Source: a virus (taxonomy: Duplodnaviria; Caudoviricetes). From it: a stretch of 64,000 bases of DNA. The notes beneath the pieces were generated by a model. It was given only the letters and a program-made list of their open reading frames with translations, did no database searches and was not told the DNA's origin. The first letter of the stretch is position 1; every line of letters starts with the position of its first letter. Below, piece after piece: positions 45,262-53,406 of this stretch. Both the position numbers and the translations under genes were made by a program. The stretch spans positions 1,452-65,451 of the IMG/VR virus record IMGVR_UViG_3300005680_000030. One strand, given 5' to 3'.

Positions 45262-46911
45262 ATGGCCTTCGACGAGATCATCGTGGACAGCTTCGCCGGA
45301 GGCGGCGGCGCCTCGACCGGGATCGAGATGGCCCTTGGCCGTTCGCCCGATGTGGCGATCAACCACAGCGCCGCGGCGCTGGCGCTGCACCGCGCCAACC
45401 ATCCGGAGACGGAACACCTCTGCAACGACATCTGGGGCGTCGATCCCTCGGCCGACGTCGCGCGCGGGCGGAAGATCGGGCTCCTCTGGGCGTCTCCGGA
45501 CTGCAAGCATTTCAGCAAGGCGAAGGGCGGGTCGGTGAGGGATCGCAACGTCCGCGATCTCGCCTGGGTGGTCTGCCGCTACGCCGAGCTTCCGCGCGCG
45601 GAGCGGCCACGCGTCATCATCCTCGAGAACGTCGAGGAGTTCATTACCTGGGGGCCTGTGGGCGAGGATGGACAGCCGATCGCTGAGCTCCGCGGGCTGA
45701 CGTTCGAGGCTTGGGTGAAGCGCCTGAGGGCTGCAGGCTACCGGGTGCAGTGGCGCGAGCTGCGCGCCTGCGACTACGGCGCGCCCACGATCCGGAAGCG
45801 ACTGTTCGTGATCGCGCGCAGCGACGGGCAGCGGATCGTCTGGCCGAAGCCAACGCATGGCGACCCGAAGAGGTCGCCCGCGGTGAAGCGCGGCAAGCTG
45901 CAGCCGTGGTTGACCGCGGCCGAGATCATCGACTGGTCGCTGCCGTGCCACTCTATCTTCGACACCGCAGAGGAGATCATGGCGAAGCACGGCGTCAGGG
46001 CCCGCCGGCCGCTGGCGGATGCGACGCTGCGGCGGATCGCGCGCGGGGTGGTGCGCTACGTGCTCAACAACCCGCGCCCGTTCGTGATGACGATGCGCGC
46101 CGCGACCATGGTGCAGACCGGCTATGGCGAGCGGCCCGGGCAAGCGCCGCGCAGCCTCGACATCGAGGCGCCGATCGGAACCCAGGTCGCCGGCGGCGCG
46201 AAGCATGCCGTCGTGGCGGCCTTCCTGGCGCAGCACAACACCGGCGTGGTCGGGCATGAGATCGACAAGCCGCTCTCGACCGTCGTCGCGGTCGGTCAGT
46301 TCGGCATCTCCCAGCAGGCGGTGGTGGCGGCGAACCTGATCAAGTTCAACGGCAACAGCACCGGGGCGGACCTCGAGGAGCCGGCGCCAACGATCACCGC
46401 GAACAGCTTCGTGAAGCGGCCCGGCGGCGCAGCTCCGATCGGGCTGATGGCGGCGAACCTCGCGCACCTTCGCGGCACCGGCGAGGCCGGCTCGGTCGAG
46501 GCCCCCCTCTGGACGCAGACCGCCGGCGGAACGCACGCTTCGCTCGTCGCCGCCTTCCTGACCAAATACTACGGGACCGACCAGGATCCGCGCCTCGACG
46601 AGCCGATGCACACCGACACGACGAAGCCGCGCTTCGGGCTCGTGACGGTCGAGATCGAGGGCCAGACCTATGCGATCGTCGACATCGGGATGCGGATGCT
46701 GACCCCGCGGGAGCGGTTCCGTGCGCAGGGCTTCCCCGACGGCTACCAGATCGCGACGGGGATCGACGAGAACGGGCGGCCCGTCAACCTGACCGTGGCG
46801 CAGCAGGGCTCCTGCGTCGGCAACAGCGTCTGCCCAGACCTCGCCGCCGCGCTGGTGAGCGCCAACTGCGCCGACATGGCGGTTGGGCCGAGCCGCTACG
46901 CCGCGGAGTGA
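45262..46911 (+). CDS. dcm: C5-cytosine DNA methyltransferase
   Basis: DSFAGGGGAS (motif I), WASPDCKHFS (catalytic PC), ENVEEF, RKRLF, GNSVCP. Confidence 0.92.
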   Translation: MAFDEIIVDSFAGGGGASTGIEMALGRSPDVAINHSAAALALHRANHPETEHLCNDIWGVDPSADVARGRKIGLLWASPDCKHFSKAKGGSVRDRNVRDLAWVVCRYAELPRAERPRVIILENVEEFITWGPVGEDGQPIAELRGLTFEAWVKRLRAAGYRVQWRELRACDYGAPTIRKRLFVIARSDGQRIVWPKPTHGDPKRSPAVKRGKLQPWLTAAEIIDWSLPCHSIFDTAEEIMAKHGVRARRPLADATLRRIARGVVRYVLNNPRPFVMTMRAATMVQTGYGERPGQAPRSLDIEAPIGTQVAGGAKHAVVAAFLAQHNTGVVGHEIDKPLSTVVAVGQFGISQQAVVAANLIKFNGNSTGADLEEPAPTITANSFVKRPGGAAPIGLMAANLAHLRGTGEAGSVEAPLWTQTAGGTHASLVAAFLTKYYGTDQDPRLDEPMHTDTTKPRFGLVTVEIEGQTYAIVDIGMRMLTPRERFRAQGFPDGYQIATGIDENGRPVNLTVAQQGSCVGNSVCPDLAAALVSANCADMAVGPSRYAAE

Positions 46912-47156
46912 TGGCTATGGCGCTTGATCCGATGACCGCGGAAGGGTTCAAGGGGATTCGCAAGGCTCTCGGGCTGACGCAGGCCGAGCTGGCCGACCGG
47001 CTCGGCTACGGCAGTCAGGTTCGCATCAGCGAGTTCGAGACCGACAAGAGGCCGATCACGCAGCGGGCGGCCGCGGCGATGCAGTTGCTTCTGGACGCGC
47101 AAGCTCCGCCGCCTTCTGCTCCGCGGCGGCGTTCTGCCTCTCGACGGCGAGCATGA
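46908..47156 (+). CDS. XRE-family HTH protein
   Basis: FKGIRKALGLTQAELADRLGYGSQVRISEFETDKRPI. Confidence 0.8.
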   Translation: MMAMALDPMTAEGFKGIRKALGLTQAELADRLGYGSQVRISEFETDKRPITQRAAAAMQLLLDAQAPPPSAPRRRSASRRRA

Positions 47157-47298
47157 TGCACCGGACGACGCCCTGTGCCGTGCGGGCGTGCGTCCAGCAC
47201 AGGTAGCGGTCGGCTCCGGTCTTCGCGTCGGCGCCGCGGAGTTCAGCCGGGGCTCCACAGGCGCATGCTGGGTCTACGACAGTCTGCTCGACCTTCAT
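47056..47298 (-). CDS. Hypothetical Cys-containing protein
   Basis: CACG...CWTH; coupled to the upstream gene; 3' end overlaps the XRE gene antisense. Confidence 0.5.
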   Translation of the reverse strand: MKVEQTVVDPACACGAPAELRGADAKTGADRYLCWTHARTAQGVVRCIMLAVERQNAAAEQKAAELARPEATASPRPPAA

Positions 47299-47945
47299 AG
47301 CCGATCGCCCCGCGGGCCGACGGCGCGCCGGATCGCCTCGAGGCGGGCGTGCATCTTCGGGATCTCGGCACGGTCGCGCTCGGACCGCTCGGCGAGCGCC
47401 AACATCTCGGCTTCGTTCTTCGTCAGCCGCGCGTGCAGCTCGCCCAGGTCGTGGACGAGATTCTCCATGTCGTCGTTGTCGCCGTGCGGCCCGAACAGCA
47501 TCTCGCGGAGGTCGGCCACCCAGGCGGTGGGGATGTCGCCGAGGCCCTTGGCGATGGTGGCGTCGGTCGCGCTGCCGACGTAGCGCCCGGCGTTGCGGTC
47601 ATAGCAGCCCTCGAGGGCCTCCATGATTCGGCGCCGGTCGGTGAGGCTGGGCGCGCGCGGCGCGGCGGGGGCAATGGGCGTGACGGCGGCTTGCGTCATC
47701 GGCTTTGGCTCCTGCGGGGGACGGGTTTCGTTGGTGACGCGACGCTCGGCGGCGATGCAGTCGGGACAGTGGCGCTTGCGGCCGATGCGCCAGCCGGCGG
47801 CGACCAGCTTGCGGTTGGCCTGGCCGTCGGCCGTCGCGCCGGCGACGACGGCGATCTCGAACCCGCAGCCATCGCACGCGACGAGGTGGCGGGGTTGGCC
47901 GGGGATGCCGACCACCTTGGCGCGGCGGGTGATCTTGGGCTTCAC
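47295..47945 (-). CDS. Zinc-finger phage protein
   Basis: CDGCG...HCPDC; SLTDRRRIMEALEGCYD...TDATIAKGL...AWVADLREMLFG. Confidence 0.7.
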   Translation of the reverse strand: MKPKITRRAKVVGIPGQPRHLVACDGCGFEIAVVAGATADGQANRKLVAAGWRIGRKRHCPDCIAAERRVTNETRPPQEPKPMTQAAVTPIAPAAPRAPSLTDRRRIMEALEGCYDRNAGRYVGSATDATIAKGLGDIPTAWVADLREMLFGPHGDNDDMENLVHDLGELHARLTKNEAEMLALAERSERDRAEIPKMHARLEAIRRAVGPRGDRL

Positions 47946-48433
47946 GCCCCGCCTCCGAACCGGCGAGGCTGCGGCATGCGCGACGGGGCTGGGCCATCGA
48001 AGCCGGCGGCGCGCATGATCTCGGCGACGCGCGCCGGCTTCACGCGGCCCTGCCCGTCGGGGATCTCGGCATCGATCGCCGCCTTGGCCGCCATGAGGAC
48101 GCCGTAGGTGGCCTTGGCGCGGGCGCTCCGAGCCCGGTCGTAGACGTCGGCCGGCAGGGGGCGCAGCGGCGAGCCGCCGCGCCCGCGTCTGGGGTCGCGG
48201 AGGTAGTCGATGCACGCCTCCTCAATCCACCGCTCCTCGATCCCGTCGAGCACGGCGAGCCAGTCATCCAGAACCGCCTCCTCCTCCGGGGTCGACAGGC
48301 CCGGCTGGTAGAAGTGGACGAGCAGGGTCCTGATCCTGCCAGCCAGCCATTCGTGCCTCTCGGGCGCGGGCGCGGGCGGCAGCGCCGGCAATGACGCGCT
48401 GAGTGCGGTCGAGGGAGTCGGGCTGTCGTCCAT
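47942..48433 (-). CDS. Putative helicase loader (lambda P position)
   Basis: RIRTLLVHFY...DDWLAVL...IEEACIDYL; follows the initiator gene. Confidence 0.6.
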   Translation of the reverse strand: MDDSPTPSTALSASLPALPPAPAPERHEWLAGRIRTLLVHFYQPGLSTPEEEAVLDDWLAVLDGIEERWIEEACIDYLRDPRRGRGGSPLRPLPADVYDRARSARAKATYGVLMAAKAAIDAEIPDGQGRVKPARVAEIMRAAGFDGPAPSRMPQPRRFGGGA

Positions 48434-49172
48434 GTCGCGAACCTCCTGTCGCTTGGTCGCTTGGCGGGATCGGGTCGAGTGGCGCAGCGACCTTGAGGCC
48501 GGCGGCGCGCTGCATCGGCTGGCGGAAGTAGGACAGGGTCGAGGGCGGGTGACGCGCGCCGCGCCTGACGTCGCGGATCACGTCGACGATCTCGGATTGC
48601 GTCAGGCCGAGGGCGCGCCAGCTCGCGACCTCGTGCTGGGCGGAGAGCCCGAGCCACTTCCCGGTGACGTCCTTGGTGGGGTCTATGCCTGCCGCGATCA
48701 GGATCGCGTCGTGCTCGGCGTCGCTCGCGCCCGCGACTCCACCACTACCTATCTTCTCTTCTCTATCTCTATCTTCTTGGTTGAACGTCGGTTGAACGTC
48801 GGTTGGCTCCGCCCTTTGTTTTCCTTGTCTTTTTTCCGCTGATTTTTTTCCTGCCCGCTTTTGATTTTCCGAGTAGGACTCCAACCACGAAATTTCTGCG
48901 TCGCAGAATGCGTTCGAGATGCGTCCGTCGTCAGTGCGGCGAAGCTTCTTGAGGCGGATCAATCGGTCCAGCGCCTTGTCAAACGACGACTGGCGCATCT
49001 CGCAGTAGGTGGCGAGGATCTCGCGATCCTCTTCCACCGGGGCTCTATGCTCCATGATCCGGCAGACGATGCAGAAGTAAGCCTTCACCTCGTTGGCGTT
49101 CAGCCCTCGGATTCCGGCCATGAACTTTGACGGCCGGAGCCGAAACCATGGTTCTTCGCTCACCCGAGCCAT
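48264..49172 (-). CDS. Replication initiator (DUF1376/YdaU-like N-terminus)
   Basis: PWFRLRPSKFMAGIRGLNANEVKAYFCIVCRIME; contains internal iterons and an AT-rich tract. Confidence 0.8.
   Translation of the reverse strand: MARVSEEPWFRLRPSKFMAGIRGLNANEVKAYFCIVCRIMEHRAPVEEDREILATYCEMRQSSFDKALDRLIRLKKLRRTDDGRISNAFCDAEISWLESYSENQKRAGKKSAEKRQGKQRAEPTDVQPTFNQEDRDREEKIGSGGVAGASDAEHDAILIAAGIDPTKDVTGKWLGLSAQHEVASWRALGLTQSEIVDVIRDVRRGARHPPSTLSYFRQPMQRAAGLKVAAPLDPIPPSDQATGGSRHGRQPDSLDRTQRVIAGAAARARAREARMAGWQDQDPARPLLPAGPVDPGGGGGSG
48751..48880. other. Putative replication origin: GGTTGAACGTC x2 plus a degenerate third copy, pyrimidine- and T-rich flanks
   Basis: Repeats at 48779-48789, 48790-48800 and 48801-48810 inside the initiator gene, as for lambda ori in O. 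Confidence 0.6.
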
Positions 49173-49681
49173 TCCCCGGGCGTCTTGGCACCCTTGCTGC
49201 GGTTGCATGGGCGGCAGGCTACAGTCAGGTTCCTCGGATGGTCGCGGCCACCCCTGGAGACAGGTAGGATGTGGTCAATCTCCATAGGGCCGTCGACCTG
49301 GCCGCAGTAGGAGCACTTCTTCCCATCACGTTGGAGAATCTCCTCCCGAAGAGCGATCGGCAGCGACCGGTGCCCATCGCCACTTTCGGTTAAGTTGAGA
49401 AGGCTGAAGATGAACCCGCCGCCGTCGACGTCGTAGACGCCGCGCTCGCGCAGCTCTTTCAGGAGGCGACGCACGGTGCGAGGATCGTCGCCGAGGATTC
49501 GTGAGAGGTCGTCGACTGTCGCGGGCCGCCCCTCGACCTCGAGCCGATAGCTGTTCTCCTGCATCATCAGGCAGAGGCAATCGAGCCAGAACGACCGCGC
49601 CTCGCGAGAGCACAGGCGGAGGCGCGTCTCCGACAGCCACCGCTGCGGGTACCACTTCTCCCAGGGCTTTCGGCCGCTCAC
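49160..49681 (-). CDS. Initiator-like winged-helix N-terminus fused to an HNH endonuclease
   Basis: PWEKWYPQRWLSETRLRLCSREARSFWLDCLCLM; then CSYCG...EIDHILPVSRGG...NLTVACRPCNRSKG. Confidence 0.8.
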   Translation of the reverse strand: MSGRKPWEKWYPQRWLSETRLRLCSREARSFWLDCLCLMMQENSYRLEVEGRPATVDDLSRILGDDPRTVRRLLKELRERGVYDVDGGGFIFSLLNLTESGDGHRSLPIALREEILQRDGKKCSYCGQVDGPMEIDHILPVSRGGRDHPRNLTVACRPCNRSKGAKTPGEWLG

Positions 49682-50946
49682 GGCGCGTCGCCGAAGAGCG
49701 CCAGGGGCGTGACATCCGCCGTCGGCGCGGCGCGACCCTCCCGCCACTCCGCCGCGATCCGCGCCCGCGCCGTCTCGGCGTGTTGGGGGCTCAGCTCGAG
49801 CAGGATGGCGCGGCGGCCGTGGCGCGCAGCGGCGAGCCCGGTGGTGCCGGCGCCGCCGAAGGGATCGAGGACGAGGCCAGGACGCGGGGCCGCCCCGCAA
49901 TCGCAGGTCGCTGCCCACCCGACGGTTTCCGTCTTGCCGGTCAGCCGGCCGTTGGACGACCCGAGCGTCGATCTGGCGGTGCCGCCACTCCGCGCGCCGC
50001 CTGTCGCCGCGACGGCGCGCTCGCCGTAGCGCGACCCGTTATAGCCCTGATCGACGCGCTCGATCTGGCGCTCCCAAGGCGCCCCGCAGTCCGAGCAGTA
50101 TCCCTTGGCGCTTGTTCCGGCGAGGATGCACCGCTCGGCGAGCTTGGTCGGCATGACGGCGTAGTGCGCGCCGGTGAAGGGCTCGGTGGCGATGGTCCAG
50201 ACGTTGCGGGCGTTGCGGGTCGCGATCTCGGATTTGATGTTCCCGGTCTCGGTCGACTTTCCGCCGGGCCCGCTGTTGTCGTAGGTCGACCCGTTGCAAT
50301 AGGCGCCGCCGCGGAAGGTGGCCCGGCGCTCTGCTTGCGTCGCGGGCTCGGCGATCGCCGCGGCGTCGTAGAAGTAGCGTCGCGCCTTGGTGAGCAGGAA
50401 GACGTGCTCATGCGCGCTCGTCGGCCGGTCGGTGATGCTCTCCGGCATCGCGTTCGGCTTGTGCCAGATGATGTCGGAGCGGAGCCGCCAGCCATCGTCG
50501 CATAGGGCGATGGCGAGGCGCGCCGGCAGCATCATCAAGTCCTTCGGCTTGATGCCCGCTGGCGGCGTGCCTTTCTTGCTCACGCCGGCGGCGCGCACCT
50601 GGTAGCCAGCAGTGCGATTCCGCGCGACGGCTCGGTCGGCCATCAGCCCGCCGGAGCCCTGCCGCCCCCTCGATCCCCACGAACCGGCGTAGCTGTCGCC
50701 GAGGTTCACCCATGCGGTGCCGCTCGGCCGCAAGACACGCCGCACCTCGCGGAACACGTCGACCAGCGCGGCGACGAACTCGGCCGGCGTCGGCTCGCGC
50801 CCAATCTCTGCGTCGCCGGCGCCATAGTCGCGCAGGCCGAAATAGGGCGGCGACGTCACGACGCAGTCGACGCTCTCGGCCGGCATCGCGCGCAGGAGGG
50901 TGCGGCAGTCGCCGACCCGGATGTCGACGCGGTCGTGGGCGATCAT
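49678..50946 (-). CDS. Beta-class amino-methyltransferase (SPPY, probably m4C)
   Basis: VVTSPPYFGLRDY...IIWHK...AHEHVFLL...HYAVMP...VLDPFGGAGTT. Confidence 0.9.
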   Translation of the reverse strand: MIAHDRVDIRVGDCRTLLRAMPAESVDCVVTSPPYFGLRDYGAGDAEIGREPTPAEFVAALVDVFREVRRVLRPSGTAWVNLGDSYAGSWGSRGRQGSGGLMADRAVARNRTAGYQVRAAGVSKKGTPPAGIKPKDLMMLPARLAIALCDDGWRLRSDIIWHKPNAMPESITDRPTSAHEHVFLLTKARRYFYDAAAIAEPATQAERRATFRGGAYCNGSTYDNSGPGGKSTETGNIKSEIATRNARNVWTIATEPFTGAHYAVMPTKLAERCILAGTSAKGYCSDCGAPWERQIERVDQGYNGSRYGERAVAATGGARSGGTARSTLGSSNGRLTGKTETVGWAATCDCGAAPRPGLVLDPFGGAGTTGLAAARHGRRAILLELSPQHAETARARIAAEWREGRAAPTADVTPLALFGDAP

Positions 50947-51245
50947 TCGCAGAGCCCGTACTGCGACGAGCAGGACAGCCCCTCGTCGGGATCCTGATCG
51001 GCGAGCCAGTTGTCGAAGCCGAGCTGGCGGCCGCCGCGCAGGGTCTCGGCCGAGAAGTCGGCGCGCACCGTCTCGACCTCGGGCCCGCCGCTGCGCTGGG
51101 AGAGGAGGCGGGCATACTCGACGGTCAGCGGGTGCTCATGGCCGGTGTCGGCCATCACCGCGCGGAACGGCCGACCCCGCTGCATCGCGAGCAGGTAGAC
51201 CGCGGTGCTGTCCTTGCCGCCGGAGACGTTGACGATGTGCTGCAC
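50943..51245 (-). pseudogene. PAPS-reductase-family gene with a large in-frame internal deletion
   Basis: VNVSGGKDSTA...ADTGHEH N-terminus joined directly to the RGGRQ...CSSQYGLCE C-terminus; only 100 aa. Confidence 0.7.
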
Positions 51246-51250
51246 GACGC

Positions 51251-51425
51251 TCAGGTGCCGAAGGGTGGCACGTAGAGGCAGCGGAACTCCTGGCTGTTCG
51301 GCAGGATGCAGGCGTGGAAGTGCTCGTCCTGGCTCTGCCGGACCTCGTCGTAGCGGAACAGCTTCTTGTGGTCGCGCCGGGCGGTCTGGTGCTCGCCGGC
51401 GGGGGGGTCGGGTGGCTTGGGGCAT
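51251..51425 (-). pseudogene. Frameshifted remnant of a small phage protein (...HFHACILP...CLYVPP)
   Basis: The coding-biased frame lacks a start; ATG 51425 joins it only if the G7 run at 51401-51407 loses one base. Confidence 0.5.
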
Positions 51426-51441
51426 AGCCGGGCACGCTGGG

Positions 51442-51470
51442 AAAAGGCCCGCCGGGATCAGCCCGGCGGG
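51442..51470 (-). terminator. Intrinsic terminator
   Basis: CCCGCCGGG-ATCAG-CCCGGCGGG 9-bp stem; CCTTTT follows on the minus strand. Confidence 0.7.
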
Positions 51471-51565
51471 AAGTTGGTGGGAGGAAACGCCCGTTGGGCG
51501 TGTCTGCCGGCCCCCTACATCCGCGCGCGAGGCGGGGCCGGCGGTGAGCGAGGCGCGCGGGTCTT

Positions 51566-52372
51566 CTAGACGGCCTTGCCGCGGTGGATCGGGAATCTCG
51601 GGCAGTCGACCGCAATCGCGTCGCAGAGGCGCTCGAACTCGGCGTTCAGCAGCTCCTCGAGCCGGTGGATCTTGACCGTGAACGACAGCTTCCCGTCGCT
51701 GATGTCGTAGGCGAGACGCGCGGCCCACCGGACCGGGTCGCTCCCCTGGAACACGGGCGTCTGGAGCAGGATGATCTTCGGGCAGGCAACCGCGCCAGCC
51801 GGGCTGTCCTTCTCCTCGTAGCGGAACTGCCGCTCGCCGGTGCTGATGTTGATCGCCGACTTGAAATCGACGTTGCGGACCGCCTCGAACCTTGCGGCGA
51901 CCTCGAGCAAGTCTGCGGGCTCCGGCGTCACGGCGTCCTCGGCCCGGTCTTCGAGAAACTCGGCGAACCGCTTCTGCGGCATGGGCTTCTCGTTGACCGC
52001 GTGCCACGCGGCGAAGGCTGGCGCGAAGACGGCCGGGTACGTCGCCTTGTGCGTGGCCCACGACGCTTCGCTGATGCTGTGGTAGTCGATCGCCGCGACA
52101 ACCTTCATGTCCGCCAGCGAGGCGAAGATGCGGGTGCTGGGGCCGCCGAAGGCGTTGACGTAGGCGGAAAAGCTCCGCGGGGTCTCGTGGGTTGCGATCT
52201 GCTTGATGCGCGCGGGCGCATCCGCGAACCGTTCGAGGTCCTCGAACGCCACCATGCTGTTCGGATGTTTGACGACGGCGCGGATGCGCGAGTAGCCGGC
52301 GACGCTCTCAACCCGGGCGATGGGGATGTTCTCGACCGCGGCGTCGATCAGTGTGCGGTGATCGTCCGACAT
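51566..52372 (-). CDS. DUF2303 (YfdQ-like) protein
   Basis: AFAAWHAVNEKPMPQKRFAEFLED...GERQFRYEE...PVFQG. Confidence 0.85.
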   Translation of the reverse strand: MSDDHRTLIDAAVENIPIARVESVAGYSRIRAVVKHPNSMVAFEDLERFADAPARIKQIATHETPRSFSAYVNAFGGPSTRIFASLADMKVVAAIDYHSISEASWATHKATYPAVFAPAFAAWHAVNEKPMPQKRFAEFLEDRAEDAVTPEPADLLEVAARFEAVRNVDFKSAINISTGERQFRYEEKDSPAGAVACPKIILLQTPVFQGSDPVRWAARLAYDISDGKLSFTVKIHRLEELLNAEFERLCDAIAVDCPRFPIHRGKAV

Positions 52373-52680
52373 TATCGTTCTCCGATGCGCGCCAGGAGGC
52401 CGTCAGCCTCGTCTTTCGGCGGGGTGCGGGTGAGGCCGAAGTCCTCGGTGGGGTAGTAGAAGGCTTCGCCCTGCGGCCGCTTCGGCACGGTCGCCTTGAC
52501 GTCCGCCATGAGCTTGAGCGCCTTCTCGCCGTTGGGCTTGATCGTCACCGTGATGGTCAGCTTGGCCGTCTGGCCGTAGCGGATGACGTCCTTGACGCAC
52601 TGCTGGAGCAGTTCGTCGGCGTTCTCGACGAGCGACCCGCCGTCGTGCCGCGAAAGCGCCATGAGAAATGAGGAGTTCAT
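52372..52680 (-). CDS. Conserved partner gene upstream of DUF2303
   Basis: GQTAKLTITVTIKP...VKATVP...FYYPTEDFGLTRTPP. Confidence 0.75.
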   Translation of the reverse strand: MNSSFLMALSRHDGGSLVENADELLQQCVKDVIRYGQTAKLTITVTIKPNGEKALKLMADVKATVPKRPQGEAFYYPTEDFGLTRTPPKDEADGLLARIGER

Positions 52681-52726
52681 GCATCCCTCTTCTGAGATTG
52701 TCTCGGTTCCCCCGAGACCGGGCGTG

Positions 52727-52755
52727 TTGTCCGACTTGCGAAAACCGCCTATCGT
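52727..52755 (+). promoter_or_regulatory. Promoter TTGTCC-N17-TATCGT with operator-like ACTTGCG-AAAAC-CGCCTAT (52734-52752) in its spacer
   Basis: Upstream of the 52783 repressor gene; GGAG RBS at 52775-52778. Confidence 0.6.
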
Positions 52756-52782
52756 CGACCGGGTGGCGGCTGATGGAGTCCG

Positions 52783-53076
52783 GTGGTGGATCTGGTTGAC
52801 TGGTTGAGGTCGGAGACCACTTCGCGCGGACTCCTGCAGAAGACCGTGGGCGAGATGCTCGGCCTGTCCGAGCAGCTGATCTCGAAGGTCTTCCGCGGCG
52901 ATCGACGGCTGACCGGCGACGAATTGATCATCCTGATGCGCAACTTCGGGTACCAGACGCCACTGGATGAGGACACGCCCGCGACTCGCATCATCCGCGC
53001 CGCCGCATCGCTTGGTGAAGATCAGCGAAATGCGCTAGCTGCTCTTCTCGAGAGCATGGCTCCGCCGAAGCGGTAA
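52783..53076 (+). CDS. Second XRE repressor, paralogue of CI
   Basis: LLQKTVGEMLGLSEQLISKVFRGDRRL HTH; C-terminus TRIIRAAASLGEDQRNALAALLESM resembles CI ARFINAASALPPELVEDAARLFEGM. Confidence 0.82.
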   Translation: MVDLVDWLRSETTSRGLLQKTVGEMLGLSEQLISKVFRGDRRLTGDELIILMRNFGYQTPLDEDTPATRIIRAAASLGEDQRNALAALLESMAPPKR

Positions 53077-53185
53077 GCCCGGCCTGGTCCATCGCCGCAG
53101 CGATGAGGCGGTGCTCCCAGACGTCCATGCGCGCCAGCGCGGCCATGATCCGGGTCAGGCCGTCGCTTTCGGCGACCGCGGTCAT
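52991..53185 (-). CDS. Hypothetical protein after cro
   Basis: ATGA-coupled to cro; 3' end overlaps the second repressor gene antisense. Confidence 0.45.
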   Translation of the reverse strand: MTAVAESDGLTRIMAALARMDVWEHRLIAAAMDQAGLTASAEPCSREEQLAHFADLHQAMRRRG

Positions 53186-53400
53186 GACGCCGCCCCGGCG
53201 CTCTTGCTCCGGTCGAGCGCGCGCCTGGCTTGCATGAAAGCGCGGACGTTGATCTCGGTGTCTGGCCACACGCGCCGACCAGCGCGAAGGCGCTCGACCA
53301 GACGTCCGTTCTTGGCTGCGAGATAGCCGAAGCGGTACTCGCCCATCTTGGTCTCCGCCAAGAAGGCGTCGATGTCGGCCATGAGCTGAGGATTTTTCAT
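53182..53400 (-). CDS. Cro-like regulator
   Basis: IDAFLAETKMGEYRFGYLAAKNGRLVERLRAGRR; divergent from CI; ATG 6 nt after the -10 box (likely leaderless). Confidence 0.8.
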   Translation of the reverse strand: MKNPQLMADIDAFLAETKMGEYRFGYLAAKNGRLVERLRAGRRVWPDTEINVRAFMQARRALDRSKSAGAAS

Positions 53401-53406
53401 AAACCA

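Noticed and set aside
46090-46620. Repeated VAAFL/AANL modules in the Dcm variable region
   Set aside because: Common feature of phage Dcm proteins; not novel.
52700-52718. GTCTCGG-TTCCC-CCGAGAC hairpin
   Set aside because: No U tract on either strand, so not called a terminator; function unsupported.
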